Shown: positions 11,069 to 21,498, counted from the stretch's first letter. The stretch is DNA of 64,000 nt from an uncultured Candidatus Rokubacteria bacterium (GCA_963762145.1 CAVXJS010000009.1:192001-256000), one strand, 5' to 3'. Numbers and translations: made by a program. The notes: generated by a model not told the origin, from the letters alone.

Positions 11069-11560
11069 TCACCGCGTCAGCCGAAGCAGCAGCAGGTTCC
11101 CGAACGCCCCCTGCTTGAGGCCCACTCGTTCGAACCCGAGCTTCTCCAGCACCCGCACCGAAGCGACATTGATCTCGTCCACGTCGGCCACGATCTCCTC
11201 GAATCCCGGTTGCGTGCGCGCATGCGCGATCGCCGCGCGTGCCATCTCCGTCGCGACTCCGCGGCCCGTCCAGCGCTCGAGCAGCGCGTAGAGGAGCTGC
11301 GGCTCCGGGAAGCTCGGCGCGATCCAGAAGCCGCAGAAGCCCACCAGCTCGCCGGTCTCCCGGTCGTGGGCCAGCCAGATCGTGACGCCGCGCTGCTCCA
11401 GCAGCACCTCGCTCTCCCGCACCCGCGCCTCGCTCCACTCCCGCGGGAACACCTGACCGTCCATCATGTAGCGCCGGACGTGCTCGTCCTGCACGAGCCG
11501 GTGGAACGCGTCGAGGCCGGCGGGGTCGAGAGGCCGGTACGAGAGCCGGTCGGACTGCAT
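11069..11560 (-). CDS. GNAT acetyltransferase (RimJ/RimL type)
   Basis: WTGRGVATE and NVASVRVLEKLGF. Confidence 0.85.
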   Translation of the reverse strand: MQSDRLSYRPLDPAGLDAFHRLVQDEHVRRYMMDGQVFPREWSEARVRESEVLLEQRGVTIWLAHDRETGELVGFCGFWIAPSFPEPQLLYALLERWTGRGVATEMARAAIAHARTQPGFEEIVADVDEINVASVRVLEKLGFERVGLKQGAFGNLLLLRLTR

Positions 11561-11577
11561 GGCTCCGCGCCGGTCGC

Positions 11578-11874
11578 TCAGGCGAGGGATCCGAGCCGCA
11601 GCGCCCAGGGCGTGACGCGGACGACGCGCAGGAGATCGGTGACCGCCCACGGATCCGCCGCGAGCCGGGCGCGGATCTCCTCCTCGCTCGCGGCGCGGAT
11701 GATCAGCAGCACGTCGGGCGTCCCGTCCAGCGGGCCGCCGAGCGCCACGAACCCTTCCCTCGCGAGGCCGTTCATGAAGGCCGCGTGCGCGCCCCAGTCG
11801 GGCTGGCCCTCCAGGGGCTGACCGTCCCGCCACGCGGGGCCACGCGTGCGGATCACCGCGAAGAGCGTCGACAT
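11578..11874 (-). CDS. YciI-like protein
   Basis: HAAFMNGL..GGPL..LAADPW. Confidence 0.7.
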   Translation of the reverse strand: MSTLFAVIRTRGPAWRDGQPLEGQPDWGAHAAFMNGLAREGFVALGGPLDGTPDVLLIIRAASEEEIRARLAADPWAVTDLLRVVRVTPWALRLGSLA

Positions 11875-11891
11875 GCTTCTGCCGCGCGGGG

Positions 11892-13508
11892 CTACACCGC
11901 CATCACGATGCCGTCGCGGCCGGGGTCCGCGCCGCCGTCGAGGCCGTCGGGGTGCACGCGGATGGCGTGGACCGCCGCGAACCCGTAGGTCTCGGGGCTG
12001 CGGACGACCTCGTAGCCCATGCCCGTGAGCTCGCGCTCGACCCCGCGCGGGATGCGGTTGCACACGTCGATGGCGTTGCTGGTGGCCGAGAAGCGGGGCG
12101 CGCTCACCGCCTCCACCATCGTCATCTCGAAGTCGAGCGCGTTGAGCAGGACCTGGAGCACGCCCATCGCGATCTGCGTCGCGCCGGGCGCGCCGATGAT
12201 GAGGTGCGGGCGATCCGCCTCCCACGCGATCGAGGGCACCACCGAGCTGAAGCGCGCCTTGCCGGGGGCCAGGCTGCCCGCGCGTCCGGGCCGCGGGTCG
12301 AACACGCCCATGCAGCCGTTGTACATGAACCCGAGCCCCGGGGTGACCACGCCCGAGGGCATGCCGAGCGAGTGGGTCATCGTCACGCACCCGCCATCGG
12401 CGTCGATGACCGAGACGTGGGTGGTGTCCTTGACCGGCGCGCCCTGGTTGAGGCGCACGACCTCGGCCTTCTTGCCGGCCCGGATCTCCGCGGCCAGCTC
12501 GGCCGCGTACGCCTTGCCCGCGAGGCGCTCCACCGGCACCTCGACGAAGCGCGGATCGCCCACGTACCGGTCCTTGTCCACGGTGGCCCGCTTCATCGCC
12601 TCCGCGACCACGCGGATGTACTCCGCCGAGTTGTGCTCGAGCTGGGCCAGCGGGAAGTGCTCGAGGACGTTCAGCATCTCGAGCAGCATCACGCCGCCGC
12701 CGGGCGGCTGGTTGCTCGAGACACGATAGCGCCGGTACGCGCTCCAGAGCGGCGCGTTGCGCGTGGTGTGCCAGGCGCGCAGGTCCGCCTCGGTCAGGAG
12801 ACCGCCGTGCGCCTTCAGGTCCTCCACGATCGCGTGCGCGATCTCGCCCTCGTAGAACACGGTGTCGCCGTGCTTGGCGATCAGCCGGAGCGTCTGGCCG
12901 AGGTCGCGGTTCACGACCTGGTCGCCCACGCGCTTCGGGGTGCCGTCGGGCCGGCAGTAGAGCGCACGCGAGGCCGGCGTGAACGTGAGCCGCTCGTGGT
13001 TGGCCGCGCGCCCCATCTGCCCCTCCTCGGCCCACCAGGACCCCACATCGGGGCGCACCGTCCAGCCGCCCTCCGCCCAGCCGATCGCGGGCTCCAGGAT
13101 CTGCTCCCACGGCAGCCGCCCGTGCTCGCGGTGGGCGTCGCGGTAGGCGCGCAGGCTGGCCGGCGCGCAGATGGCCTGGTAGCCGATGTCGTTCACGCGC
13201 CCGCGCAGGATGAAGCCGTAGCCGTCGCGCGCCTCGGACTCGATGCGGTCGGCCCACATGTCGGGGCGCGTGGCGAGCGGAGCCGGTGCGTGGAAGTCGA
13301 TGTAGCCGTGGAACCCCTTGGCGGGCATCGCGATGCCGCAGCTGCCGAAGCCGGCGATGCCGCACATCAGCGGGTCCACCACGCCCTGCACGAAGGCGCA
13401 GGCGAGCGCGGCGTCCACCGCGTTCCCGCCCGCCTTCAGGATCTCCGCCCCGGCCTCCACCGCCTCCGGCTGGGCGGCCACGATCATCGCGCGCTTGTGG
13501 TATCGCAT
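11892..13508 (-). CDS. ggt: Gamma-glutamyltransferase
   Basis: GGNAVDAA, autoprocessing DTTHVS, GAPGA, GGADP. Confidence 0.9.
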   Translation of the reverse strand: MRYHKRAMIVAAQPEAVEAGAEILKAGGNAVDAALACAFVQGVVDPLMCGIAGFGSCGIAMPAKGFHGYIDFHAPAPLATRPDMWADRIESEARDGYGFILRGRVNDIGYQAICAPASLRAYRDAHREHGRLPWEQILEPAIGWAEGGWTVRPDVGSWWAEEGQMGRAANHERLTFTPASRALYCRPDGTPKRVGDQVVNRDLGQTLRLIAKHGDTVFYEGEIAHAIVEDLKAHGGLLTEADLRAWHTTRNAPLWSAYRRYRVSSNQPPGGGVMLLEMLNVLEHFPLAQLEHNSAEYIRVVAEAMKRATVDKDRYVGDPRFVEVPVERLAGKAYAAELAAEIRAGKKAEVVRLNQGAPVKDTTHVSVIDADGGCVTMTHSLGMPSGVVTPGLGFMYNGCMGVFDPRPGRAGSLAPGKARFSSVVPSIAWEADRPHLIIGAPGATQIAMGVLQVLLNALDFEMTMVEAVSAPRFSATSNAIDVCNRIPRGVERELTGMGYEVVRSPETYGFAAVHAIRVHPDGLDGGADPGRDGIVMAV

Positions 13509-13523
13509 GCGGTTCTCCTGGTC

Positions 13524-14327
13524 CTAGGGCATCACCGCGCGGGTGGCGGCCAGCGCCTCGCGGGCCACGTCCTCGGCGGGGCGCTTCCACGCGGCGGGGT
13601 TCGGCGCCTCGTAGCTCGCGTAGCCGGCGTAGCCCCGGCGGGCGAACGCGGCGAAGAATTCCTTGAACGGCACGCTGCCCTGCCCCGGCGGCAGGCGATC
13701 GAGCGCCTTGCCCGGCTCGAGCCCGGTGCGCGGCACGTCGCTGTACTGCACGTAGGCGATCTCCTCGGGCCGCACGTCCTCGATGTCGCGCGGCGAGGCG
13801 CCGGTGCGGCCGAGGTGGTAGGTGTCGAGCAGGAGGCCGGTCTGGGGATGCGCGGCCCGCGCCATCACCTCCCGCATCGGTCCTAGCGCGTTGAGCTGCT
13901 CGCACTGGGAGTTGAACTCGACGGCCAGCCGCACGCCGTGCTCGCGCGCGATGTCGCCGACTTCCCGGATGCTGCGGGCGGCTTCTCCCACGTCCCCGCG
14001 GCCGCGATCCACCGGGCTCATGATGGTGGTGCAGCCGAGCGCCTTCGCGCGCGCGGCCTGCTCGGCGAACACGCGCAGCAGCCGGGCCCGCTCCTCCCCG
14101 GTGGCCCAGACCCAGCCGAGCTCCACACCCACGCAGGCGACGGGCAGACCCGAAGCCCTCACCAGCGCCAGCACCTGCTCGGCCGACTGGCCGGCCTGGG
14201 CGGCGCGCTCGAAGTCGAGGCGGCGCAGCTCGACGGCGTCCCAGCCCGTCTTCTTGATGACGGCGAGCGCGTCCGCGAGCGGAGTCGTATCCAGCGTCCA
14301 CGTGTGCAAGGACAAGCGCATGGTCAT
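13524..14327 (-). CDS. Sugar-phosphate isomerase/epimerase (xylose-isomerase-like TIM barrel)
   Basis: LAVEF, LLDTYH, DRLPPGQG, YE motifs. Confidence 0.8.
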   Translation of the reverse strand: MTMRLSLHTWTLDTTPLADALAVIKKTGWDAVELRRLDFERAAQAGQSAEQVLALVRASGLPVACVGVELGWVWATGEERARLLRVFAEQAARAKALGCTTIMSPVDRGRGDVGEAARSIREVGDIAREHGVRLAVEFNSQCEQLNALGPMREVMARAAHPQTGLLLDTYHLGRTGASPRDIEDVRPEEIAYVQYSDVPRTGLEPGKALDRLPPGQGSVPFKEFFAAFARRGYAGYASYEAPNPAAWKRPAEDVAREALAATRAVMP

Positions 14328-15337
14328 GTCGGGCTCCCTGGTAGGTCGAACGCCTCGGCGAGTAGCTCGTAGGAGCGCATTCGCGCCTTGAAGTCGTGCG
14401 TGATCGTGACGACGATCAGCTCGTCGGCCTGGTAGTCGGCGACCATCTGGAGCAGCCGCTCGTGCACCTGCTCGGGCGTGCCCACCACGCTGCGCCGCGC
14501 CGCGTGCTGGGCGATGGCCACCTCCTGCGCATTGTAGGGGTAGCTCTCTGCCTCCTCCACCGACGGATACGGGGCGGGACGGCCGGTGTACAGCCGCACG
14601 ATGAAGAGGTCGCGGCTCCGCGCCAGCCGCCGCGCCTGGGCCTCCGTCTCCGCGCAGACCGCGAAGACGGCCACGCTGCTGCGCGGCGCGGCCAGGTCCG
14701 GCGAGGCGCAGAACCGATCGCGGTAGGCGCGCGTGGCCTCCGCGCCGCCCTGCTCGTTGATGAAGTGGGCGAAGCAGAAGGACTGGCCGAGCTGGGCGGC
14801 CAGGAGCGCGCTCTCGTCGCTCGAGCCCAGCAGCCACACCTCGGGCACGCTCGGCCCGGCGGGCATGGCGTGCACGCCGCGCCACGGATGCTCGGCGGGC
14901 AGATCGTCGTGGAGGAAGGCGACCAGATCCTGGATCTGCCGCGGGTAGTGCTCGATCCCGAGGGCGCCCGGCCCGTGACGCAGGATCCGGGCCGTCCGCT
15001 GATCGCTGCCCGGCGCGCGCCCGATCCCGAGATCGATGCGGCCGGGATGGAGCGTCTCCAGCATCCGGAACTGCTCGGCCACCTTGAGCGCGCTGTAGTG
15101 CGGCAGCATGACGCCGCCCGAGCCGACCCGGATGCGGCTGGTGACCGCGGCCACCTGGGCGATCAGCACCTCGGGGCTCGCGCCGGCCAGGCCGGGGGTC
15201 GAGTGGTGCTCGGCCAGCCAGTAGCGGTGGAAGCCCCAGCCGTCGGCCGCGCGCGCCAGCTCGATCGTCTCGTGCACCGCGTCGGCGGGCGTGCCTCCGC
15301 TCCGCACCGGCGACTGGTCGAGGACGCCGACCAGCAT
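14324..15337 (-). CDS. LLM-class flavin-dependent oxidoreductase
   Basis: YWLAEHH, IRVGSGGVMLPHY, GRIDLGIGRAPG. Confidence 0.9.
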   Translation of the reverse strand: MLVGVLDQSPVRSGGTPADAVHETIELARAADGWGFHRYWLAEHHSTPGLAGASPEVLIAQVAAVTSRIRVGSGGVMLPHYSALKVAEQFRMLETLHPGRIDLGIGRAPGSDQRTARILRHGPGALGIEHYPRQIQDLVAFLHDDLPAEHPWRGVHAMPAGPSVPEVWLLGSSDESALLAAQLGQSFCFAHFINEQGGAEATRAYRDRFCASPDLAAPRSSVAVFAVCAETEAQARRLARSRDLFIVRLYTGRPAPYPSVEEAESYPYNAQEVAIAQHAARRSVVGTPEQVHERLLQMVADYQADELIVVTITHDFKARMRSYELLAEAFDLPGSPT

Positions 15338-15340
15338 GAA

Positions 15341-16922
15341 CTAGTTGATCCGTTTCGTGCGGCCCTGCCACTCCCGGTCGCGCAGCACGAACTTCTGGAT
15401 CTTGCCCGTCGAGGTCTTGGGCAGCTCGCCGAACTCCACCGCGGCCGGCGCCTTGAAGCCCGCGATGTGCTGCTTGCAGAACTCGATGATCTCGGGCTCG
15501 GTCGCGCGCTGGCCCGGCTTGAGCGTGACGAAGGCCTTGGGCCGCTCGCCCCACTTCTCATCCGGGATGGCCACCACCGCGCACTCCATCACCGCCGGGT
15601 GCCGGGCCACGCACTGCTCGACCTCGATCGTCGAGATGTTCTCGCCGCCCGAGATGATGATGTCCTTCTTGCGGTCGCGCAGCTCCACGTAGCCGTCGGG
15701 ATGCCACACCCCGATGTCGCCCGAGTGGAACCACCCGCCCCGGAAGGCCTCGGCGGTGGCGTCGGGCTGCTCGTAGTAGCCCTTGGCCACGTTGTTGCCG
15801 ACCATGATCACCTCGCCCAGCGTCTCCCCGTCGCGCGGCACGTCGTTCATCTCGCCGTCCACCACGCGCACGAGATCGAAGAGCGCGTAGCCCTGGCCCT
15901 GGCGGGCGGCCAGCCGCGCCTGCTCGTCGGCGGGCAGCGCGTCCCAGTCCGCGTTCCAGCCGCAGACGGTGTGCGGCCCGTAGGTCTCGGTGAGGCCGTA
16001 GACGTGCACCGGCTTGAAGCCGAGCTCCTTGAGCTTGCCGAGGAGAGTCGGCGAGGGCGGCGCGCCGGCCACCGTCACCGTCACCGGCCGCGTCAGCTTG
16101 TGGGCCTTCGGGTCGTTGACCACGCCGATCTGCACGGTGGGCGCGCCGTTGTAGTGGGTGATGCCCTCCGCGTCGATGAGCTCCCAGATGCGCGCGGGCT
16201 CGACCTTCCGGAGGCACACGTGGGTGCCCGCGACCGAGGTGACCGCCCAGGTGAAGCACCAGCCGTTGCAGTGGAACATCGGCAGCGTCCAGAGGTACTT
16301 CGTGTCGAAGGTCATGCCGGTCTCGACGACCTCGCCGACCGCGTTCACCCACGCCCCGCGGTGCGAGTACATGACGCCCTTGGGCCGCCCGGTGGTCCCC
16401 GAGGTGTAGTTGATCGAGATCGTCTCCTCCTCGTCCTCGAGCCAGCTCTCGACCGGCTCGGGCGAGCCCCCGGCCAGGAAGTCCTCGTAGGGATCGCCGG
16501 CCGCGCCGGTGTCGTCGATGCGCACCACGCGCAGGCCGCTTGAGCTCGAGCGGCTTGATCAGGTGCTCGAGCTCCGCGTCCACGAAGAGGAAGCTCGAGC
16601 CGGAGTGCTGGAGGATGTAGCCGATCTCGTCGGAGGAGAGCCGCGTGTTGATCGCCACCAGGACGCCGCCCGCCGCGGGCACGCCGTAGTGCGCTTCGAG
16701 CATCGGCGGGATGTTCGGGCAGAGGAAGGCCACCCGATCGTGCTTCCGCATGCCGGCCGCCCGCAGCGCGGAGGCGAGGCGGTTCACCCGCTCCCCGAGC
16801 TGCCGGTAGGTGTAGCGCCGCTTGCCGTGCACCACCGCGGTCTTGTCCGGGAAGACGTAGGCGCTGCGGACGAGGAAGCTCACGGGCGTGAGCTCGGTGC
16901 GGTAGACCCGGTGGTGCTTCAT
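15341..16922 (-). CDS. Acyl-CoA synthetase (AMP-binding), one indel near 16535
   Basis: YTSGTTGRPKG, YGLTE, WFHSGD, PKTSTGKIQK. Confidence 0.9.
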
Positions 16923-17016
16923 CGCGTTGCGGCCTCCGGTGGCGTGGGGGTGATCGTGCCCCCGCAGTGTACCCAAGCGCTTCCGGAATGGCGAGGGGCT
17001 GCTACAATGCCCCGCC

Positions 17017-18561
17017 ATGGCCTGGGACGAGCGGATGAAGGACTTTCACGCCCGGCGCGCGAAGGCGCGCGCCATGGGTGGGCCCGAGCGGCTCGCGCGC
17101 CGTCGGGACGCGGGCACGCTGAACGCGCGCGAGCGCGTGGAGCGGCTCCTCGACGCGGGCTCCTTCCTGGAAGTCGGCACGTTCAACACCTCCGACGTGC
17201 CGGGGATGGAAGCCGAGACGCCGGCCGACTCCAAGGTGAGCGGTCTCGGCCACATCGACGGCCGCCCGGTGGTGGTCTGCTCGAACGACTTCACGGTGCT
17301 GGCCGCCACGTCGTCCCGTGTGGCCTCCCACAAGGAGGCGGAGCTCAAGCGCCTCGCCGCGCGCCGGGGCATGCCGATCGTCTATCTGGCCGAGGCGGGC
17401 GGGGCGCGCATGCCCGACATCATGGGCTCCGCGGGCATCGCCTCCTTCGGCAACTCCACCTACTACGGCACGCGCCGGCGCCGCGTGCCCATGGTGACCG
17501 CGGTGCTCGGGCAGGCCTACGGTCTGCCCACGTGGAACGCCTGCCTCTCCGACTTCGTGGTGATGCTCGAGGGCGCCTCGATGGCGGTCTCGGGCCCGCG
17601 CGTGCTCGAGCTGGCCACCGGCGAGAAGATCTCGGCCGAGGAGCTGGGCGGCGCCAAGGCGCACGCGGAGGAGACCGGCTTCGCCGACGTCGTCGGCAAG
17701 ACCGAGGACGAGTGCTTCGCCCTCGTGAAGCGCTTTCTCTCCTACCTGCCCTCGCACAACCGGCAGGCGCCGCCGGTGGCCGAGGTGCCCGCGGGCTCGG
17801 GCGCGGAGATGGGCACGATCGCGGATCTGGTGCCGGAGGCGCGCAACCGCGCCTACGACATGACGCGGGTGCTGCGGCGGCTGGCCGACGGCGGCGAGAT
17901 CTTCCCGGTCAAGGAGCGCTTCGGCCGCAGCCTGATCACCGCGCTCGGCCGCCTGGGCGGCCACGTGGTGGGCTTCGTGGCCAACCAGCCCATCCAGAAG
18001 GGCGGCGCCTGCGACGCCGACGGCTGCGACAAGGCGGTCTCGTTCCTCGCCCTCTGCGACTCGTTCAACATCCCGCTCGTCTTCCTCCACGACATCCCCG
18101 GCTTCTTCATCGGGCGCGACGCCGAGCGCAAGCGCGTGGCGGGCAAGATCATCACCTGGATGGAGGCGCTCGGCATGGTCACGGTGCCGCGCGTGTCCAT
18201 CATCGTGCGCAAGACGTACGGCCAGGCCTACTTCAACATGGGCGGCGGCGGCTACGCGGACCTGATGGTCGCGTGGCCCACCGCGGAGATGTCGTTCATG
18301 GACCCGGCCACCGGCGTCAACGTGGTCCACGGCGCGGAGCTGGCCAGGCTGCCCGCGGAGGAGCGCGCAGCGCGGCGGCAGGCGCTGCTCGCGCAGTGGG
18401 AGCTCGACACGCTGCCCTACGGCGCCGCCGCCCGGCACCTCATCGACGAGGTGATCGACCCCGCCGACACGCGGGACGTCGTCATCCGCTTCCTCGCCCA
18501 GGCGCGCACGCGCTCCGCCATCGGCCGGCATCGCCTGGCCGGCTGGCCGACCAAGTTCTAG
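17017..18561 (+). CDS. Acyl-CoA carboxylase carboxyltransferase (beta) subunit
   Basis: ARERVERLLD, AGGARMP, EELGG, FNIPLVFLHDIPGF. Confidence 0.9.
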   Translation: MAWDERMKDFHARRAKARAMGGPERLARRRDAGTLNARERVERLLDAGSFLEVGTFNTSDVPGMEAETPADSKVSGLGHIDGRPVVVCSNDFTVLAATSSRVASHKEAELKRLAARRGMPIVYLAEAGGARMPDIMGSAGIASFGNSTYYGTRRRRVPMVTAVLGQAYGLPTWNACLSDFVVMLEGASMAVSGPRVLELATGEKISAEELGGAKAHAEETGFADVVGKTEDECFALVKRFLSYLPSHNRQAPPVAEVPAGSGAEMGTIADLVPEARNRAYDMTRVLRRLADGGEIFPVKERFGRSLITALGRLGGHVVGFVANQPIQKGGACDADGCDKAVSFLALCDSFNIPLVFLHDIPGFFIGRDAERKRVAGKIITWMEALGMVTVPRVSIIVRKTYGQAYFNMGGGGYADLMVAWPTAEMSFMDPATGVNVVHGAELARLPAEERAARRQALLAQWELDTLPYGAAARHLIDEVIDPADTRDVVIRFLAQARTRSAIGRHRLAGWPTKF

Positions 18562-18572
18562 GCGCCCGCTCG

Positions 18573-19295
18573 TTGTCGCTCACGTGGCTGGTCGGCGCGG
18601 TCGTCATCGCGGCCGCCTGCTTCGTGCAGGGCCTGGCCGGCTTCGGCATCGGCCTCGTCTCGCTCGCCTTCCTGCCCTTCCTGATGTCGCCGCAGCACGC
18701 CATCGTCCTGATCACGCTCTACGCGGCGGTCTTCATCGCGGTCATCTTCATCCCGCTGCGCCGAGACTTCACGCTGCACGGCATGATCGAGCTGGTGGTC
18801 GGCACCATCGTCGCGACACCCGCCGGCATCTGGCTCCTGGCCGAGCTGCCGTCCGACCTGCTGAAGCGCCTGATCGGTCTGGTGCTGCTGCTGATCGTGG
18901 CGCTCGAGTGGCTCGGCCTCTATCCGCAGCGGCTCCGCGGCCGCGGCTGGGGATTCGGCGCGGGCCTCGCCGCGGGCCTGCTGGGCGGGGCGATCGGCAC
19001 GCCCGGTCCGCCGGTGATCCTCTACGCAGCGGCTCAGGACTGGAGCCCGCGCACCGTGAAGGCCAACATCCAGGCCTTCCTGATCGTCAACCAGGCCGTG
19101 ATCTTGATCGGCTACTGGTGGGCGGGCCTGCTCGACCGTGAGATCTGGCGTCTCACCTGGCTCTTCGCGGTCCCGGCGGTGGTCGGGCTCGTCGCGGGGA
19201 TGCTGCTGTTCAACCGGCTCGACCGCGAGCGGTTCCGTCGGGTGGTCTTTGCGGTGCTTCTCCTCTCGGGCCTGGTCCTGTTGATCCGCGGGTAG
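18573..19295 (+). CDS. TauE/SafE family membrane protein
   Basis: FVQGLAGFGIG and GAIGTPGPP; about 8 TM segments; start approximate. Confidence 0.8.
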   Translation: MSLTWLVGAVVIAAACFVQGLAGFGIGLVSLAFLPFLMSPQHAIVLITLYAAVFIAVIFIPLRRDFTLHGMIELVVGTIVATPAGIWLLAELPSDLLKRLIGLVLLLIVALEWLGLYPQRLRGRGWGFGAGLAAGLLGGAIGTPGPPVILYAAAQDWSPRTVKANIQAFLIVNQAVILIGYWWAGLLDREIWRLTWLFAVPAVVGLVAGMLLFNRLDRERFRRVVFAVLLLSGLVLLIRG

Positions 19296-19380
19296 GAATT
19301 ACCGGCCGCCATCGTTGCGACTCGAGCAAATCGTGCACTGTTTGCATGCGAACCAGAAAACTCTACGCGCGACTACGTAG

Positions 19381-20019
19381 TCAGCGCGCGTGGGCGAGGA
19401 TGTACGCCCGGCGGCTGGCGTGCTCGATCTCCGCGTAGGGCTCCCGCTCGATGCGCTCCAGCACGACAAGGCCCACCTCGACGAGCGACGCGACCATGAC
19501 CTCCGGCATCAAGAACCGAAAGTCGAGCGATACGGGATGGCCCCAGAGCTCGTCGCGATGCACGGTCTCCTCGCCGACGTGAAACGCGACGAGCAGGAGC
19601 CCGCCCGGCGCCAGCACGCGCCGCAGCTCGCGCAGGGTGGGCAGCATCTCGCGCTCGTCGATGTGGATCAGCGAGTAGAACGCGACGATCCCGGCGAGCG
19701 CGCCGTCGGGCAGCTCGAGGGCCCGCATGTCGCCGACGCGGAACTCGATCTCCGGCGAGCGCGTTCGCGCCCACTCGATCATCCGGGGCGCGAGATCGAT
19801 GCCGAGCATCCGGACGCCCTGCTCGTGGAGATAGCGCGCCACGTGGCCAGGCCCGCAGCCGACATCGGCGACGAGCCCGCGGCCGCGCACGTCTTCCGCG
19901 AACCGGTTCAGCAGGTGCCGGTCGAGCGGCTTGCCGGCCAGCTCCTCGAAGATTCGCTCGGCGTACGTCGCGGCCAGCTCGTCGTAGCTCTCCCGGGTGC
20001 GGGACGCATCCTCGCTCAT
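19381..20019 (-). CDS. Class I SAM-dependent methyltransferase
   Basis: ADVGCGPG, GDM, LRRVLAPGG. Confidence 0.9.
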   Translation of the reverse strand: MSEDASRTRESYDELAATYAERIFEELAGKPLDRHLLNRFAEDVRGRGLVADVGCGPGHVARYLHEQGVRMLGIDLAPRMIEWARTRSPEIEFRVGDMRALELPDGALAGIVAFYSLIHIDEREMLPTLRELRRVLAPGGLLLVAFHVGEETVHRDELWGHPVSLDFRFLMPEVMVASLVEVGLVVLERIEREPYAEIEHASRRAYILAHAR

Positions 20020-20140
20020 TGCGCGGCGGCCATGTCCATGAAGTGGTGCAGGCGCTCGGTGCGCATGCGGGCGCGTCGGCTAGTCCGCGCTTCGGCGGCG
20101 ATGAACTGCGTGCCCAGGAGCAGCGCGCGGCCCCGGTCGC

Positions 20141-20481
20141 CTAGTCCGGGGCCGCCCACGTGTCGGGCCCGTCCGCGCTGCACCGAAGGGCGAGCACTTG
20201 CCGGTCGGCTCGTGGACGACGGCCCGGATCCGGCCGGCCGCGGTCGAGGGCGTCCTGAACTCGAGCCAGACCGCGCCCTCCACCGTCTCCGAGATCCACC
20301 GGGCAAAGGGCTGTCCCAGCACGGCCTCGATCTCCGGGAGGCTGGACCCCGGCGGGATGGCCCGGCACCGGGTGAGCTTGTCGTCGCCCGGGAGATGCTG
20401 CCGCACGTACTCCCCCACCGCGGTGATCATCGCCAGGGCGATCAGCAAGGCCGCGCCGACGATCAGCGCGGGTCTGTTCAC
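20141..20481 (-). CDS. Hypothetical exported or membrane-anchored protein, indel near 20195
   Basis: Hydrophobic N-terminus; GTG overlaps the upstream stop; two Cys. Confidence 0.5.
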
Positions 20482-20900
20482 GCCGCGAGAGCGCGGCCGC
20501 GCCAGGCCAGCACGCGACGCCCCGCGTGGGTCAGCAACACGTAGCCATAGCCGAACAGCAAGACCAGGATGGAATAGAAGATGAGCACACCGACCCACGG
20601 CTCCGTGCTCGCCGTCCACCATCGAACCAGGAGGAGATAGGCCAGGAACGGGGGAAGGAAGAGGACGGGCGTGATCCAGGAGACCTGCCGGTACCGCGGC
20701 ACGGGCTGCCCCGCCAGCCACCAGAAGAGTGCGGTCGCGAACGGGATGTACGCCGGCCAGGCGATCCCCGACACGTAGAGCAGGATCGTGACCCGATCGA
20801 TCAGGCCGATCGTCGGGTCGTCGCGATAGAAGAGGTGGGCGATGAAGGGAATCACGACCGGCAGGGTCGCGGCCAGACGGTAGTAGGTGACTTCCCTCAT
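20478..20900 (-). CDS. Hypothetical 4-TM membrane protein
   Basis: Four hydrophobic segments; TACCAT 9 nt upstream of the ATG. Confidence 0.65.
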   Translation of the reverse strand: MREVTYYRLAATLPVVIPFIAHLFYRDDPTIGLIDRVTILLYVSGIAWPAYIPFATALFWWLAGQPVPRYRQVSWITPVLFLPPFLAYLLLVRWWTASTEPWVGVLIFYSILVLLFGYGYVLLTHAGRRVLAWRGRALAA

Positions 20901-20949
20901 CCCATCTCGATGGTATCCTCCGCCCGTTCGGCCACCGGCAACAAATCCG

Positions 20950-21498
20950 TCAGGTCCGCTTCCACAGCCCCTGGGACGGGATGCGCAGCGCGCGGTTGAA
21001 CTTGCTGGACGCATTCTCCCAGGCAATGATCGCGGTCAGCTCCACCAGTGCCTCGTCGTCGTAGAAGCGCCGAAGGCGCGCGAAGAAGGCGTCGTCGACG
21101 TCACGCCCGCTGATGGTCATGCGGTCCGCGTATTCCAGGGCCACCCGCTCCGCCTCGTCGTACAGCGGGCTGGTGGCATAGTCGGCCAAGGCGAGGATCT
21201 TGGCCTCGGACAGGCCCAGCTTGCTGCCGACGGCAGCGTTGATGTCCTGTCAGAACTCGCAGCCGTTCAGCGCCGCGACCCGGCGGTTGAGCAGGGCCCC
21301 CAGCTTGCCGTCGATCAGGCCCGAGCCGTCGATCCCGGTCCACATCCCCCGGGCCCCGCGGAAGATCGACGGCCGCCGGGCGTAGACCAGGTGGTTGAGC
21401 AGCGGCGCTCCCCACGTCTTGGCCTGAGCCGCCAGGATCCTGGCGATGTAGTCGTCCGACACTTGCCCGGGATCGACCCCTTCAACGCGTGCCATCAC
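20950..21498 (-). CDS. AhpD/carboxymuconolactone decarboxylase-family probable selenoprotein (CxxU)
   Basis: ORFs 21250-21498 and 20950-21189 are in one frame separated only by TGA (21250-21252): VAALNGCEF-U-QDINAA...ERVALEYAD...LVELTAIIAWEN. Confidence 0.8.
21208..21249 (-). promoter_or_regulatory. Putative bacterial SECIS hairpin
   Basis: mRNA reads UGA-CAGGACAUCAAC-GCUGCC-GUC-GGCAGC-AAGCUGGGCC-UGUCC: a 6-bp upper stem, a G-initiated loop 18 nt after the UGA, and a GGACA/UGUCC lower stem. Confidence 0.65.
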
